Virus record (IMG/VR): IMGVR_UViG_3300017780_007785
Span: 1-39,560 of that record
Reading direction: 5' to 3' (one strand)
DNA: 39,560 nt
Origin: a virus
Taxonomy: Duplodnaviria > Caudoviricetes
The notes under the pieces: model-generated
The model's input: only the letters and a program-made list of their open reading frames with translations
Told to the model about the DNA's origin: nothing
Databases searched by the model: none
Shown here: positions 1 through 9,589 of the stretch, one piece after another
How positions within the stretch are numbered: the first letter of the stretch is position 1
Layout: every line of letters begins with the position of its first letter
Program-made: the position numbers and the translations under genes

Positions 1-238
1 TAAAGTGATTAAGGAGAACTTTAAGAAAGCCGTATCATTCATTAATGACTTTGAGGAGAACGCATGTGATTATGCTAAGACCGTTCATTGTGATGGTGTT
101 ATATGTGGTCACATTCATATCCCCTCCGTTAAGATTATCGATGGTATAGAATACTACAACTCAGGTGATTGGGTGGAGAACTTCTCCGCTCTTGTTCTTA
201 CTCAGGATAATAAATGGAAACTTGTTATCGTGGAATAA
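1..238 (+). CDS. Metallophosphoesterase (UDP-2,3-diacylglucosamine hydrolase-like), C-terminal part; 5' end outside window
   Basis: DGVICGHIH and YNSGDWVE motifs typical of LpxH-like calcineurin-type phosphoesterases. Confidence 0.75.
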   Translation, partial: KVIKENFKKAVSFINDFEENACDYAKTVHCDGVICGHIHIPSVKIIDGIEYYNSGDWVENFSALVLTQDNKWKLVIVE

Positions 239-284
239 CATCTTATTATAATTTATGCACAACAACTTATTATAATTTATGCAC
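237..284. repeat. 24-bp tandem duplication
   Basis: aacatcttattataatttatgcac / aacaacttattataatttatgcac (1 mismatch). Confidence 0.9.
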
Positions 285-296
285 ATCTGTCGTTGT

Positions 297-328
297 GTGG
301 CTGGCTTTCAATCCCCAACCCCAGCCAC
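297..328. terminator. GC-rich inverted repeat between convergent genes
   Basis: gtggctgg...ccagccac 8-bp stem; no clear U-tract. Confidence 0.4.
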
Positions 329-960
329 TATATTTTCCACGAATCCTTATCATATCCCGTTAAGTCAAAATAAGTTTTGAAAGTTTCATACACATTGTCA
401 GCCATATCTTGTGTATAATATTCTTTTAATGATTTGGTTTCTTGTTTTTTGGCGTGTATCTTCTTCTCACATAACTCATATAGTATACCACTTTTGTTTA
501 AATTAGAGTCTCTGATAAAAGGGATTTTTATATAATCTTCATAAAGATGTTCCATCCTTATAAGGTATTTTGGAGGTTTAATAAAGTTGAAACTATAGTT
601 TAAATTACCCCATCCATAGTTAGATATCTTTGAAAAATATTCCTTGAATGTTTTGGTAACCATACCATCAAGTCCCATAATCTTTTTTTCGTAAAAATAC
701 ATTGAGAGTAATCTTGTGTATGGATTTCTTGTTGTATAGATAACATCATAGTCCTCATATCCTGTTGGTATCTTTTCAGAATGATGATGAATAAAATAAT
801 CATCTTCCGAAATTAATTTCGTAACTTCTCCTCCATAAATGTTTGTTTTGAAATTAAAATGATTAAAAATAAATGTTGCATGTATTGTACCTGTCTTTGG
901 CGGTAAGAAAACCGCCAATCTTTCTTGTTCTGAATGTGTAAAAAAAAACCTAAGGTGCAT
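328..960 (-). CDS. Sulfotransferase family 2-like protein
   Basis: PPKTGT (5'-PSB loop), RNPYTRLLS (3'-PB), IRMEHL, C-terminal YF-DLTGY; start moved to ATG at 960. Confidence 0.75.
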   Translation of the reverse strand: MHLRFFFTHSEQERLAVFLPPKTGTIHATFIFNHFNFKTNIYGGEVTKLISEDDYFIHHHSEKIPTGYEDYDVIYTTRNPYTRLLSMYFYEKKIMGLDGMVTKTFKEYFSKISNYGWGNLNYSFNFIKPPKYLIRMEHLYEDYIKIPFIRDSNLNKSGILYELCEKKIHAKKQETKSLKEYYTQDMADNVYETFKTYFDLTGYDKDSWKI

Positions 961-997
961 AGAGTTAATTATAAATCTATACTCTCTATTGTAAATC

Positions 998-1026
998 AAA
1001 AACCCCCACCGTTATGGTGAGGGTCT
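998..1026 (-). terminator. Rho-independent terminator
   Basis: Stem-loop acccccacc/ggtgagggt next to A-run (U-tract on minus strand); near-identical to 3338-3367. Confidence 0.7.
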
Positions 1027-1031
1027 CTTAA

Positions 1032-1409
1032 TTATTGTTTATCAAAAGTTAGTGTTATATCACCACCTGATTCAAATTCATTCCATGCGAGTAGTGTTTC
1101 ACCACCGTTTGCCGTTTGAGTCCACGACTTACCGTTTGCAACTGCTGTCATAGAGATTGTTTGGTCATCACTTTCCATCCATCCTCTGTCAACATAAACA
1201 CCTGCTTCAGGTCCAAAACTAACTCCACCCTGCATGTACCATTGATTAGGTACTTTCCAAAATCTAATTGATGTTGAATTGTTTGGTTCAGTTGTATTCC
1301 AACTAAATTCACCACCGTCAGGTTGTATTACCTCTTGAGGTGAATAGTTATTTACCGTAGTAATTGTATAATCAGTATTATTCTTAATTGTTACGTTTAC
1401 GTTCCACAT
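1032..1409 (-). CDS. Hypothetical beta-strand-rich protein
   Basis: 125-aa ORF, 14 nt downstream of the lipoprotein gene. Confidence 0.7.
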   Translation of the reverse strand: MWNVNVTIKNNTDYTITTVNNYSPQEVIQPDGGEFSWNTTEPNNSTSIRFWKVPNQWYMQGGVSFGPEAGVYVDRGWMESDDQTISMTAVANGKSWTQTANGGETLLAWNEFESGGDITLTFDKQ

Positions 1410-1423
1410 AATAATATTATTTA

Positions 1424-2125
1424 TTATTGTTTATTTTTTTCTTTCTCCTGAAGTTCTTTACTTAAATTACTAACAGGGACAGGTGTTCCAACAGGATAAG
1501 GGAATCCCTCTTTTGCCGCTGTTATAGATTTCATTCCTGATTTAACAGGGATAGCTTTACGTAATGGAACTGCCGCTTCATTAAGTGGTCCATATACTTT
1601 AGCTAACACAATACCTGTAGATGTTGTATCAAAGACTACACCTGGCATTGCAAACATATTACTCTCACTTGTACTTGCAGAATCAAGGTTTACAATAAAT
1701 GAACGATTTACTGGCGGTAATAATTCCCACTCTTTTGTTGTTGGATTAAATTGAGGTATTACCTTTGTAGAATCATAATACCAAAAGAAAGACCATACTG
1801 TTTTATCCGTTCCGTCAGGAGTTTGGAAGTTTTCACTTACATTGAATTTTCCGTAAGTTCCACTAACTCCTTCCATTGTTAAATTAGCGATAGATGGCCC
1901 ATCTAATACAGGACATATTGCACATCCTTCATCATATTCTACCCCCTGAACAATAATCTTTTTTCCCGTAGGAATTGCCCCTGATGCTCCACAGAAAGCG
2001 AAAGACCCTTCATGTATCTTAACAATTTTATCAGATTTTAAATCTTCTACAGTTTCAGTTTTTGTGCCATTGTTACAACTAAATAACATAGTAGCGGTAA
2101 TAACACTTAATAATAGTTTTTTCAT
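1424..2125 (-). CDS. Lipoprotein of unknown function
   Basis: MKKLLLSVITATMLFSC signal peptide with lipobox Cys. Confidence 0.75.
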   Translation of the reverse strand: MKKLLLSVITATMLFSCNNGTKTETVEDLKSDKIVKIHEGSFAFCGASGAIPTGKKIIVQGVEYDEGCAICPVLDGPSIANLTMEGVSGTYGKFNVSENFQTPDGTDKTVWSFFWYYDSTKVIPQFNPTTKEWELLPPVNRSFIVNLDSASTSESNMFAMPGVVFDTTSTGIVLAKVYGPLNEAAVPLRKAIPVKSGMKSITAAKEGFPYPVGTPVPVSNLSKELQEKEKNKQ

Positions 2126-2213
2126 AATTTTGTTTTATTATAAATAGTTTTGTGATTAATTTATTTTAATAGTAGTTTGAATACTGTTAGATTTTACTTA
2201 GATTAAAAACAAT

Positions 2214-2546
2214 TTAAAGAGAAAAAGATTCACCACATCCACAAGTTCTTGATGCGTTAGGATTTCCCCATTGAAATCCTTTCCCATTTAATCCATCTGA
2301 GTAGTCTAATTCAGTACCATACAGATATAACACTGATTTTCTATCAATAATCACTTTTAATCCTCCATCAATTTCGACGGTTTCATCAGTATCTTCAATT
2401 TTGTTGTCAAAATCCATAACGTAAGAAAGCCCACTACATCCTCCACCTTTTACGCCAACGCGTAAGTGGTGAGAGTCTGGTGTTATGTTAGACTCCATCA
2501 TTAAATTTACAACATGTTGTAACGCCTTTTCTGAAACTGTAATCAT
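2214..2546 (-). CDS. iscA: Fe-S cluster assembly A-type carrier IscA/HesB
   Basis: GGGCSGLSY and CGCGESF motifs. Confidence 0.95.
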   Translation of the reverse strand: MITVSEKALQHVVNLMMESNITPDSHHLRVGVKGGGCSGLSYVMDFDNKIEDTDETVEIDGGLKVIIDRKSVLYLYGTELDYSDGLNGKGFQWGNPNASRTCGCGESFSL

Positions 2547-2854
2547 TAGTTGTATGTTAAATCAAAAAATTTATAATTCTTATGAACGGAAATTTCATCA
2601 CCTGCCTTTATTGCTAAATCCTCATCTTCGTAAATTGCGTTAACAGGACATTCAGGCTCACACGCACCACAATTGATACAAATATCAGGATTGATGTACA
2701 TTTGACCGCCTGGGAATGATGCTCTACCATCCCTTTCAATTTCACCACCAGAGCCTTCAATATCGATAGGTCCATGAATACAATCTACTGGACACACACT
2801 TGCGCAAGCGGTATCCATACAATCAACACAACTCTTCCCAATAATATAACTCAT
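2546..2854 (-). CDS. Dicluster (7Fe/8Fe, FdxA-like) ferredoxin
   Basis: CVDCMDTACASVCPVDC and CINCGACEPECP motifs, with a ~20-aa insertion between them. Confidence 0.9.
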   Translation of the reverse strand: MSYIIGKSCVDCMDTACASVCPVDCIHGPIDIEGSGGEIERDGRASFPGGQMYINPDICINCGACEPECPVNAIYEDEDLAIKAGDEISVHKNYKFFDLTYN

Positions 2855-2873
2855 ACTTTATTTTTTTTTATTT

Positions 2874-3284
2874 TTATACGTGTGAGGCATCGAAGATTAA
2901 TTCTTCTAATCCTTGTTTCTTTCTATAGTCATTTATCGCAGATTTTATTGCGTCTTCCGCTAATACTGAACAATGTATTTTAACTGGAGGTAATGATAGT
3001 TCTTCTACCAACTCCATATTGTCCATTTTAATCGCTTCATCTATAGACATTCCTTTCAACCATTCTGTTGCTAATGAAGACGCCGCTATTGCACTTCCAC
3101 AACCAAATGTTTTGAATTTTGCATCAGTTATGATGTTATCATTAACTTCTATTTGTAATCTCATTACATCACCACATTCAGGTGCCCCAACTAAACCTGT
3201 GCCTACATTAGATTTTGACTTATCCAATGTGCCAACATTTCTTGGGTTATTGAAATGGTCTATCACTTTATTTCCGTATGCCAT
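2874..3284 (-). CDS. iscU: Fe-S cluster scaffold IscU
   Basis: NPRNVG, GAPECGD, FGCGSAIA, LPPVKIHCS motifs. Confidence 0.96.
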   Translation of the reverse strand: MAYGNKVIDHFNNPRNVGTLDKSKSNVGTGLVGAPECGDVMRLQIEVNDNIITDAKFKTFGCGSAIAASSLATEWLKGMSIDEAIKMDNMELVEELSLPPVKIHCSVLAEDAIKSAINDYRKKQGLEELIFDASHV

Positions 3285-3337
3285 AATTTTTGTTTTATTT
3301 GTTTATAATAAATATCATAAGTAAAAATAAGTAAAAA

Positions 3338-3367
3338 TAAACCCCCACCTTTTGGGTGAGGGTTTCA
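3338..3367 (-). terminator. Rho-independent terminator
   Basis: aaacccccacc-tttg-ggtgagggttt stem-loop right after the stop codon. Confidence 0.7.
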
Positions 3368-3370
3368 TTA

Positions 3371-4237
3371 TTATAATTGACTTTCAGCCGTGACTTTAAC
3401 GTTTGATAGTTTCCATCCCGCGAGACATAGTTGGTCACTGTAACAGTTTCCTGTAAACCATGGAGTTGAACCAGGTCCTTTAGGCGAATATCCTTCCCAA
3501 TATGAAGGTGTGAACCACCAACCCACAGACATTGTAGATTTTAATGATGACATATCTATCGTTGTTTCATCGGCACCACCATCAGCTAATACATCATATA
3601 TCACCGCACTATTTCCGTTTTGTGAAACAGAGATAGTCATGTTAGTATAATCAGAATTAAACACTATGGTCATGTCAAATGGTTTAGTAATATCTAACAC
3701 ATCCACTAAACTATGTGTACCTTTGGATGGGTTATCACTCATATTTGCAGGAGTATAACAATTATCATTTAATGCACCACTTGTATATGAATATTCAAAT
3801 CTTTGTTGATTGTTTAAATGAATTGTTTGTTGGAATATTCTATTTCCGTTTGTTTCCATAAAATCAATTTCATTACAATATGGAGAACCAGCGTTTCCCG
3901 CGTCACAATAGTTAGTTCCTTTTGGTTGAATTGCGTTGTTTACCATGTAGAAAGAAGCGTTCAACCAATTGTTCTTTTGTGTACTGTTTGGTGCCAATTC
4001 TGACAAATCAATTGTCGCAGTGATTTTAGATATGTTTTTATATCCATGAGTTGATACAACTCTACCAGGATTAAATGTAACACTTGAATCTGTGATAACA
4101 GGGTCAACCGTTGGAGTACACCAATTACTCGTCCAATCTTTTTCAAATGTGACATCGTAAGTTGTTGATGTTAGTGTTTTTTGTTTACACCCGAATAAAG
4201 ATATCATTAGGGCACTGAAGATTAATAGTTTTTTCAT
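3371..4237 (-). CDS. Lipoprotein, clan GH-B (GH7/GH16-like) glycoside hydrolase
   Basis: Lipobox LFGC; LNASFYMV, NYCDAG, CNEIDFMETN (ExDxxE), DITKPF motifs. Confidence 0.65.
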   Translation of the reverse strand: MKKLLIFSALMISLFGCKQKTLTSTTYDVTFEKDWTSNWCTPTVDPVITDSSVTFNPGRVVSTHGYKNISKITATIDLSELAPNSTQKNNWLNASFYMVNNAIQPKGTNYCDAGNAGSPYCNEIDFMETNGNRIFQQTIHLNNQQRFEYSYTSGALNDNCYTPANMSDNPSKGTHSLVDVLDITKPFDMTIVFNSDYTNMTISVSQNGNSAVIYDVLADGGADETTIDMSSLKSTMSVGWWFTPSYWEGYSPKGPGSTPWFTGNCYSDQLCLAGWKLSNVKVTAESQL

Positions 4238-4274
4238 AAGTTTTTTTATTATAAATACCTTATATTTGATTAGT

Positions 4275-4538
4275 ATGACACAGATAGAAAAGTTAATAGT
4301 TAAGTTTATAGACGATAAGTTTAGTTTTCCCTACCTTTATTATGATAAGACGGAACAGACTTGGGCGAATGAATTCTTCCTGTTCGATATTAAAACGGGA
4401 ACAATGTACGTTAGTGATGAGGTGAAAGAAACTCTTAATAAAAAGTTTGGTAAAGGTTATATGGACCAAGTGTTTGTGACCGTTATTAACTATTGGTTTC
4501 TGAAAGGATATAAGTTGAAAGTTATTTCTGTTGAATAG
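4275..4538 (+). CDS. Hypothetical protein
   Basis: ORF; ATG at 4275 follows TATATTTG (4261-4268). Confidence 0.7.
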   Translation: MTQIEKLIVKFIDDKFSFPYLYYDKTEQTWANEFFLFDIKTGTMYVSDEVKETLNKKFGKGYMDQVFVTVINYWFLKGYKLKVISVE

Positions 4539-4549
4539 TATTTATAATC

Positions 4550-5200
4550 ATGGAGAATCGTGAAAAGACCGTAAACTTACTTGAATCATTTTTATCTGAT
4601 AAACAGGTTGATGGTGTTTGTGGTTATATTGTTGACCCTGATGGTGAGGGTCCAATCCAAGTCATTGTTGTCCTTGATATTGATTACATACAAGAAGCTA
4701 ATACTAAGCCAGGGTTTATCGCTAGAATGATTAAACAAGGTGTGAAACAAGAGATTGAAAAATGGTTAGGTTTTGATGTATATGTTGGCTCAACATCAAA
4801 AAAGTGTGAAGAGAATATAAAAGAATCTAAAAAGACTTATGTTGTAACCGAATCACAATATAAAAACCTTTTAGAGGGAAGTACTGAGGAAGACTCGATA
4901 GAAGACTCTAAAAAGTTTTATAAACTATTCAAAAAAATAATTGATGAGAAGTTTTCAGAATTAACATATGATGAATCTCCTCGTTGGTCAACACATGAAG
5001 ATGATGTCGCTTGGAAAGATTCTAATGAAGATATTGTAAGATACTTCGACTACGCGTTTCTTGTTAGAAGAAACTTCTTTTGGTCTTTAATGGACTATCT
5101 CCCTATATCCCATAACGCAACAAAGATGATGTTTGAGCGATACTTTAAAGAAAGATTCCCTGACAAGTTCTTTTTATCCGTTCACGAGTTCGACGCTTAA
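4550..5200 (+). CDS. Hypothetical protein with internal VVTESQY..LLE motif
   Basis: 216-aa ORF after TATTTATA motif. Confidence 0.75.
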   Translation: MENREKTVNLLESFLSDKQVDGVCGYIVDPDGEGPIQVIVVLDIDYIQEANTKPGFIARMIKQGVKQEIEKWLGFDVYVGSTSKKCEENIKESKKTYVVTESQYKNLLEGSTEEDSIEDSKKFYKLFKKIIDEKFSELTYDESPRWSTHEDDVAWKDSNEDIVRYFDYAFLVRRNFFWSLMDYLPISHNATKMMFERYFKERFPDKFFLSVHEFDA

Positions 5201-5584
5201 CATATTAACGAACGTGTCGATGTCTATCACATAGTCCATACCCTCCACTAAGTTCACAGTCTTTGGTTTACCGTTCTCGATTAAAGACTTAATAACCATA
5301 TAGAATTTACAATCTACTCCTAACTTGGTTTTCATCATAACGGCATTGTAAGCCTTCTGTTTCTGTCTATCACTTCTGTATGTTGTGGTAACATCGATGA
5401 ATACTTTTACACCATCAATTTCTGTGGCAAAGTCGAAGTCAATTAGTTGTTCTTGTCCATGGCAGTTAGTAAAACGCGGCTTATCTTTCTTACGCATCTT
5501 TTGAATACCTGTTCTCTCGGTGAATACTTTCTCGAAGTCGTTCCCGTTCTTTGACCTTGATTGGTTTGATGATTGATGTTCCAT
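5174..5584 (-). CDS. PD-(D/E)XK nuclease / restriction endonuclease-like protein
   Basis: GNDFE helix, DFD...FIDVTTTYRSDR motif. Confidence 0.5.
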   Translation of the reverse strand: MEHQSSNQSRSKNGNDFEKVFTERTGIQKMRKKDKPRFTNCHGQEQLIDFDFATEIDGVKVFIDVTTTYRSDRQKQKAYNAVMMKTKLGVDCKFYMVIKSLIENGKPKTVNLVEGMDYVIDIDTFVNMLSVELVNG

Positions 5585-5641
5585 AGGGCAAATATAATTA
5601 TTTATTCATTAATAACAATTCATTCGTAGTATTTATATCAT

Positions 5642-6055
5642 ATGAAGTATATCCTAACAGAGTCACAATATAATCTTGTATTAGAATCACAAAAGCACGA
5701 ACAGTTTTTTCAAAGCCTTATTGATAGTAATTTAGAGATTATTCGTAAAGAATGTGAGGGTGGCGCAGATGTATATGCAGGTAATTCAAGTGCAGGAAGT
5801 TGTGACCAAATTGAGTCGATTGATAAAGTTAAGGTTACAGATGCAGAATGGGTTACAATTAAGCACAGTAATAGACCTCAGGAAGAAAAATATATGAGTG
5901 TAAAAATTATGATATACTATTCTTCAATAAGAAGAGGTGAATTGGATGCCGATGATTTAACCTATGATTTGGAACGAATGATTCGTATATCAACGGGAAT
6001 GCCATTCATATTAAATTACGAATCTACTAACACCAACACATCCTTTGAGTGGTAG
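5642..6055 (+). CDS. Hypothetical protein with N-terminal MKYILTESQY motif
   Basis: 137-aa ORF after TATTTATA. Confidence 0.75.
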   Translation: MKYILTESQYNLVLESQKHEQFFQSLIDSNLEIIRKECEGGADVYAGNSSAGSCDQIESIDKVKVTDAEWVTIKHSNRPQEEKYMSVKIMIYYSSIRRGELDADDLTYDLERMIRISTGMPFILNYESTNTNTSFEW

Positions 6056-6115
6056 GTGATGAGTTAAGGTTATTATTCTTCCCCGAGATAAACGAACAAA
6101 CAATATTAAATCAAC

Positions 6116-6304
6116 TTACTTCTCTTTCGGAATAATCCTGAATGTCATTACACGTTTACCGTTGATAGTTGGCATACCATACTCGTCTTTACCAATTGTT
6201 TTTACAGTTGTTTTCTTGTTCTTGAATCTTCCTGTGTAAATGGTATCACCAATTTTTAATGGAATATAAATTCCATCTATTCTATTTTCTTTACTCATAT
6301 TCAA
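6116..6304 (-). CDS. Small basic hypothetical protein (KOW/SH3-like)
   Basis: LKIGDTIYTGRFKNK; start 6304 or 6298. Confidence 0.6.
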   Translation of the reverse strand: MNMSKENRIDGIYIPLKIGDTIYTGRFKNKKTTVKTIGKDEYGMPTINGKRVMTFRIIPKEK

Positions 6305-6312
6305 AGATTTTA

Positions 6313-7305
6313 TTAAACCTCAGCAATTAATACTTTAGGAGTCATACCCAACGCAGCTGCAGTACAAAGTCTTGTATTTCCAGCGACCAAGTGATATCTA
6401 TCACCAAACTTTAATATCATAGGACGGCCGTAGTCCCCTTTGAGTAAGGCTTTCTTAAGTTCTGAAGGTAATGATTTGTTATATTGTTTTGCAAGAACTT
6501 CAACCTTTTTCATTTCCCCTTTCTTAATCTGATTAGATTCCGTGTTTTCAAGTTTGGACCAAATGTCTTTAGTTAAGTCAATCTCTTTACCGTTATGGAA
6601 AGCTAACTTAACATTTTTAACTGTAGTTTCAAGGTCTCCGTCTCTACTTAAATCTTGTACAGCTCTCTCAATTTCATCCATTTCACCATCAATGTAGTTA
6701 TCTTTCTTATTTAAGATTTCATCTACTTCATCTAATAACTCAGAGAACTCTTCGTAATTTGCGTCGTTAATATAATCTAACAACCTATTATAGTTTCTGA
6801 ATCCCATTTGGCTCATATACTCAGGATGTTGTTTTATAAATTCTAAGAAATCATTAACTCCTGCAGACTTTGAAGATATCTCAGATAAAACTTCTTCATT
6901 AACGGTTTCACCGTAAGTAACTTCACTAAATTCGGGATATTTCTTTTCGAATTTCTTAATGAATATCCCTGATAATATATTACACATATTTTCTTCAGGA
7001 CCTCCAATATCTTGAATCTTAACATCATCTCTAACTCCCATCTTTTGGTATTGGAATTCGTGAACCCATTCATGTGATATGGTTCTTAGGATGTCAATTA
7101 ATAATCTTCCTTTGGCTAATACTACAATTTCGTTATCAGGCATTCTAACACCTGTGGTCATTGGAATCTCACGGGAGTCAGTAAACGTAATACGAACTTC
7201 TTCATTTAATGGTGCTTGGGATTGTAAAAACTGAAGAAACTTCTTGATGACAAGGACTTCATTCTTTTTTGGAAACTCTCCCGATTTTTTTAAACATACT
7301 TTCAT
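6313..7305 (-). CDS. HExxH zincin-like domain fused to C-terminal ParB/Srx-like domain
   Basis: LRTISHEWVHEFQ; PMIL...YHLVAGNTRLCTA. Confidence 0.6.
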   Translation of the reverse strand: MKVCLKKSGEFPKKNEVLVIKKFLQFLQSQAPLNEEVRITFTDSREIPMTTGVRMPDNEIVVLAKGRLLIDILRTISHEWVHEFQYQKMGVRDDVKIQDIGGPEENMCNILSGIFIKKFEKKYPEFSEVTYGETVNEEVLSEISSKSAGVNDFLEFIKQHPEYMSQMGFRNYNRLLDYINDANYEEFSELLDEVDEILNKKDNYIDGEMDEIERAVQDLSRDGDLETTVKNVKLAFHNGKEIDLTKDIWSKLENTESNQIKKGEMKKVEVLAKQYNKSLPSELKKALLKGDYGRPMILKFGDRYHLVAGNTRLCTAAALGMTPKVLIAEV

Positions 7306-7334
7306 TACGAATAAATATCAGGGTAAAAATGTTT

Positions 7335-8441
7335 CTAGTCTATTTCTTTTAACATTTTCAATGCTTGGGCAATAACTTGATGCATATCGTAGTAAACATA
7401 TGTCGCAAGTCTTCCCCCAAAATAATACGATTTAAGAGACTTTGTTAGTTCTCGGTACATCTCATAGGTCTTGGTGTTTTTGTCGTCTCTAATAGGGTAA
7501 TACGGCTCATTCTCACCATTATAATCCGCAGGGTATTCATAACTAATAATAGTTCCTTTTTGATTCTGAGGGTCAAACCATTTGTGTTCAAGTATTCTTG
7601 TATAAGGTGTATCTTCGTCAGTATAATTAACCACAGGAACTCCTTGGAAGTTGTCAGAATCGAGTATCTTTGTAGACCAAGTAAGACTTCTATAATCTAA
7701 GTTACCGAACCTGTAATCAAAGAACTTATCGATAGGTCCTGTGTATATGATTTTATCTGCTAATGAATCCAAGTATTCTCGTTCTTTGAAATAATCGACC
7801 CCTAATCTAACCTCGGAACCCTCTAACATTTTATCAAATATCTGAGTGTAACCACCTATTGGCATTCCAGTATACTTGTCGTTAAAGTAATTACTGTCCC
7901 ATGTAAATCTTACTGGGAGTCTTTTAATGATTGATGGAGGCAACTCTGAACATAGTTTACCCCATTGTTTCTCGGTATATCCTTTAATGAGTTTTAAATA
8001 GATGTCTTCCCCAACCATAGACATAGCCTGTTCCTCAAGATTGGTTATCTCACCTTTAAATGTTTGGCCCTCTAAAATTTGTTTGGCCTCTGTTTCAGTA
8101 GTACATCCCCATAGTTGATTGAACGTCCACATATTGAATGGTAATGTGAACATATTCCCCTTGTAGTTTGCAATTACATTGTGAGTATATTGTCTAAACT
8201 CAGCGAACTGATTAACGTAATCCCATATAAATTTGTCATTGGTGTGAAATATGTGGGCTCCGTACTTGTGTACATGAATACCATTTACATTTTCAGTGTA
8301 ACAATTCCCACCAATAACATCTCTTTTGTCTATAACTAAACACTTCTTACCTCTCTTGGTAAGTTCGTGAGCACAGACAGAACCGAAGATTCCTGCTCCA
8401 ACTATGAGATAATCATACTTCGGTTTCTTTATTAGTATCAT
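7335..8441 (-). CDS. glf: UDP-galactopyranose mutase
   Basis: IVGAGIFG FAD motif, HKYGAHIFHT, EPYYP, GRLATYVYYDMHQ. Confidence 0.96.
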   Translation of the reverse strand: MILIKKPKYDYLIVGAGIFGSVCAHELTKRGKKCLVIDKRDVIGGNCYTENVNGIHVHKYGAHIFHTNDKFIWDYVNQFAEFRQYTHNVIANYKGNMFTLPFNMWTFNQLWGCTTETEAKQILEGQTFKGEITNLEEQAMSMVGEDIYLKLIKGYTEKQWGKLCSELPPSIIKRLPVRFTWDSNYFNDKYTGMPIGGYTQIFDKMLEGSEVRLGVDYFKEREYLDSLADKIIYTGPIDKFFDYRFGNLDYRSLTWSTKILDSDNFQGVPVVNYTDEDTPYTRILEHKWFDPQNQKGTIISYEYPADYNGENEPYYPIRDDKNTKTYEMYRELTKSLKSYYFGGRLATYVYYDMHQVIAQALKMLKEID

Positions 8442-9589
8442 AAAAAGTCAAAGAATATACTGTCTGAATCTATAATAGGTTCGTTCATCTTTCTCTCAAT
8501 ACGTTCACGATATTCATTTAAAAAGTTACTTGTATTAAGATAACATCTGTCTTCAATTAGGAATGTTCTATTTGGAAACGGATTATTATTCTTACTCATT
8601 ATATCAAGTATTTGAATTATCTCTTCATATCGATTTTGTTTCTCCAAACAATCTGATAAATGTAATAAATGTTCGTTTCTACCTACACAAAACAATTCAG
8701 CGTTTTTATAACAATCCATTGCTTTCGTAACATCACCTATGAAATTATAAGAGTGACCCATCATGATTAACGCGTAATAAGCCATCTCATCTTGTCTTGT
8801 TGGTTGTCCTTCACCGAACCAATTGTGACTAACTTCAAGGAATCTTTCATAATACCAAATAGACCTTCTTGCGTACTCATCAGAGTGTTTCTTACCAAAC
8901 GGTAATTCATGAGGACTACCGTATGAATCTGCATAACTTTTTGCAATGTACCATAAATGATAATGGTCTTCCAATACCGTATTACCAACAACTTTATCCA
9001 TTTCCAATTCAAGAGCGTCTTTAAGGAACTTTCTTGGTACATTCCATGTTTCACCATCTTGTCCAACCAAATGTCTAAAACCGTAAGGCATATTAATTCT
9101 TTGGAAATCTTCTCCTATTTCAGGTAAGTGAATAGTTTCGTGTCTCTTGTCGTGTTGGAAGAACCATGGTAAGTTGGCGTTCCAAAACCAAGTTCTAAAG
9201 TATTTGGTATCACCAGCCTCAGCAACAATATTGTAACTATCAATTGATTTATTATCTAATATAGACCAATCAAAATCCTCATCAACTTGTAGTCTTTCAT
9301 CTGCGTCCATTCTAAGAATCCAATCACATCCGTGGTCAGACTTTAAAGCTTCTTGAAGTGTATGGTCTCTGTTAAAACCAGGGAAATTCCAATCCGTTTG
9401 ATAGGTAAAACCAGGGATGTTTTTTTCTTTAAAAAAGGCATCAATAATCTCTTGGGTGTTATCTTCTTTACCGTTACATTGGATGACGTAATAGTCAATG
9501 TGTGGAGCAACTGACTCCAACATTCTTGTAATAGTCGGAGCTTCATTCCCAACCATCGCATTTAAACAAATTTTTGTTTTCTTATTCAT
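8438..9589 (-). CDS. GT-A (GT2-like) glycosyltransferase with TPR-like C-terminus
   Basis: ICLNAMVGNE, MDADE (DxD), RHE; helical C-terminal repeats. Confidence 0.75.
   Translation of the reverse strand: MNKKTKICLNAMVGNEAPTITRMLESVAPHIDYYVIQCNGKEDNTQEIIDAFFKEKNIPGFTYQTDWNFPGFNRDHTLQEALKSDHGCDWILRMDADERLQVDEDFDWSILDNKSIDSYNIVAEAGDTKYFRTWFWNANLPWFFQHDKRHETIHLPEIGEDFQRINMPYGFRHLVGQDGETWNVPRKFLKDALELEMDKVVGNTVLEDHYHLWYIAKSYADSYGSPHELPFGKKHSDEYARRSIWYYERFLEVSHNWFGEGQPTRQDEMAYYALIMMGHSYNFIGDVTKAMDCYKNAELFCVGRNEHLLHLSDCLEKQNRYEEIIQILDIMSKNNNPFPNRTFLIEDRCYLNTSNFLNEYRERIERKMNEPIIDSDSIFFDFL

Noticed and set aside
2139-4257. TATAAATA as canonical T4 late promoters
   Set aside because: The motif consistently points away from the adjacent start codon; the sense form is TATTTATA
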